Below, piece by piece: positions 25,137 to 26,319 of a stretch of DNA of 26,319 nucleotides. The notes under the pieces were generated by a model. That model was given only the letters and a program-made list of their open reading frames with translations. It did not search any database and was not told the DNA's origin. Numbering within the stretch: the first letter of the stretch is position 1; each line of letters begins with the position of its first letter. The position numbers and the translations under genes were made by a program. Origin of the DNA: Candidatus Jordarchaeales archaeon (GTDB taxonomy: Archaea > Asgardarchaeota > Jordiarchaeia > Jordiarchaeales > Freyrarchaeaceae); assembly GCA_038889235.1 (NCBI GenBank), contig JAWAHN010000002.1, forward strand, positions 475,386-501,704, written 5' to 3'.

Positions 25137-26040
25137 GGGTCTTCACCCCATGTGCGACTATCCGCACAACCCCCTTCCCGGTAGTCTCGTCCCCTCCAAG
25201 GTTGATGAGCAACCCTTTGCTCAGCTTCTCCAAGAAACTCTTAATCTTATCGTCGTTCTCCTTGCGGCACCTGGAACGGATAGACCTCATTATCGGAGCA
25301 TAGAACAGCGTCCCCTCGGGTATTAGCTCCTGGTAGAACAAAGCTTTTTCAGCCACAGTTTTCGTCTCGCGGTTGAGGGCTATCCGCAAAGTGATAACCA
25401 AGCCACTGTTGACTATCTCCCTAAAGAGAGTGTCGTCCACCACGATAAGTTTCTCAAGTTTCTGCTTAAGGTAGCTGTAGCCGGGAGCAGGCTTCCCGTC
25501 AACCTTCGGAATAGCATGCTTAGCTATCTCACTAGCCAGCTTGCTAACCTTCTCATTTTTCTCCAGCTTGAGTTTGTACTTTTCGTCCATGAGTTCAATT
25601 TCACCACTAAGTGTCGCAGACAGTGCCTTATCACTCCCCTCAACACTCACTTCCTCAAGGCTGACGCCAAACTTGCTCACGTCCCTCACGTAGGCTGAAA
25701 CCTGGCTCGGAGACGTGACGTACACGAAGAGCTCCACGTCGGCTTTGACAGGAAAGGCGATTATTTCCGCGTTCTCCACCACAAGGCATCCAGCCTGCTC
25801 CGCTGAGCCGAAGAGTACCTCAGCGTCACTCTTCCCGTCGTTAAGCTCGTAGAAGGACCTCAGCGCCCCCTTAATGCTGCTCCCCCTAACATAGGGGAGC
25901 CCCTTAAAGTTCCTCTGAACAGTTAAGTCCACTGGTCCAGCTTCCCTTTCTCCTCCCGGGAAGAACTCGGTCTCACACCAAAAGTACGCTACTCCAATCA
26001 TCTCGTACACGGACGGTATGAAAACCGGTTTCTCACCCAT
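25111..26040 (-). CDS. cmr4: Type III-B backbone Cmr4
   Basis: GPVDLTVQR, LPYVRGSSIKGALRS, LFGS, RIAL, LFYQELIPEGTLFY and NLGGDETTGKG motifs. Confidence 0.92.
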   Translation of the reverse strand: MGEKPVFIPSVYEMIGVAYFWCETEFFPGGEREAGPVDLTVQRNFKGLPYVRGSSIKGALRSFYELNDGKSDAEVLFGSAEQAGCLVVENAEIIAFPVKADVELFVYVTSPSQVSAYVRDVSKFGVSLEEVSVEGSDKALSATLSGEIELMDEKYKLKLEKNEKVSKLASEIAKHAIPKVDGKPAPGYSYLKQKLEKLIVVDDTLFREIVNSGLVITLRIALNRETKTVAEKALFYQELIPEGTLFYAPIMRSIRSRCRKENDDKIKSFLEKLSKGLLINLGGDETTGKGVVRIVAHGVKTREGGSGSH

Positions 26041-26319
26041 TCACAACCACCCCTTAGCTATTAGACACGAACCCAAAACGTTTCGGTAATCAGGGTGAAC
26101 GTGCACCCTGCTTAGGGTGATGCTTGGCTGAACCCCTTCAAGATAGTACACGGAGCCCGGGGCTACGCCGAAGCGCAGCTCTTTCGGCTTGTTAGCCACA
26201 TAATCCCAACCCCCGACGGCAACACGTGCGCAAGCGCAGCCCTTCACACCACTCAGATTTGGTAGGAACGAGGACCTGCTGCCGTCCCCGAAGACCGCCG
26301 AAGAAGTCAGCACAAGCCT
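26041..26319 (-). CDS. cmr3: Cmr3 C-terminal part (truncated by the window edge)
   Basis: GGWDYVANKPK...GVAPGSVYYL; the frame is open to the window end and directly precedes cmr4. Confidence 0.8.
   Translation of the reverse strand, partial: RLVLTSSAVFGDGSRSSFLPNLSGVKGCACARVAVGGWDYVANKPKELRFGVAPGSVYYLEGVQPSITLSRVHVHPDYRNVLGSCLIAKGWL

Noticed and set aside
735-25698. Numerous antisense or shifted ORFs in the track (e.g. 735-1223, 1484-1855, 2323-2658, 7583-7876, 10418-10729, 21568-22017, 22024-22512, 23583-23867)
   Set aside because: They are shadows of better-supported genes on the other strand or frame, with Ser/Phe/Leu-rich composition typical of antisense translation.
19914-26319. CRISPR array or cas1/cas2/cas6 near the cmr genes
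   Set aside because: No regularly spaced repeats or such motifs were seen in the window.

Overview
Archaeal window (TACK-type, Bathyarchaeia-like by integrase style and GGAGGT/GAGGTG ribosome-binding sites; taxonomy is inference). Bases 552-19674 are a ~19.1 kb integrated mobile element that split a host flavodoxin gene at a 9-bp direct repeat (TCCCACCCC at 552-560 and 19666-19674). Joining the host flanks restores an in-frame 147-aa flavodoxin. Joining the element ends rebuilds the T-arm and 3' acceptor strand of a tRNA, so this looks like a tRNA-targeting element at a secondary site. The left arm carries a Zn-ribbon tyrosine integrase, a minimal MCM-like AAA+ ATPase, an OB/wHTH-like protein, a C2H2 zinc finger and an RHH regulator. 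The cargo is the most novel part: two back-to-back paralogous modules, each with a divergent small wHTH regulator, uncharacterised partner gene(s), a ~600-aa protein with an Ile/Pro-rich extended N-terminus and a C-terminal CoiA-like PD-(D/E)XK nuclease, and a propeptide-less proteasome-beta-like (Ntn) gene. There is also a third stand-alone proteasome-beta-like gene, further PD-(D/E)XK nucleases, and a wHTH gene bracketed by 52-bp inverted repeats. Many element genes carry indels or stops (decay and/or assembly error), while the host cmr genes are intact. Right of the element lie the flavodoxin 3' half, a degenerate MntA-HepT pair and a type III-B cmr operon (cmr3 partial, cmr4, cmr5, cmr4-cmr5 fusion, cmr6, cmr1). 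No CRISPR array is present. All family calls come from motif reading; no searches were run.
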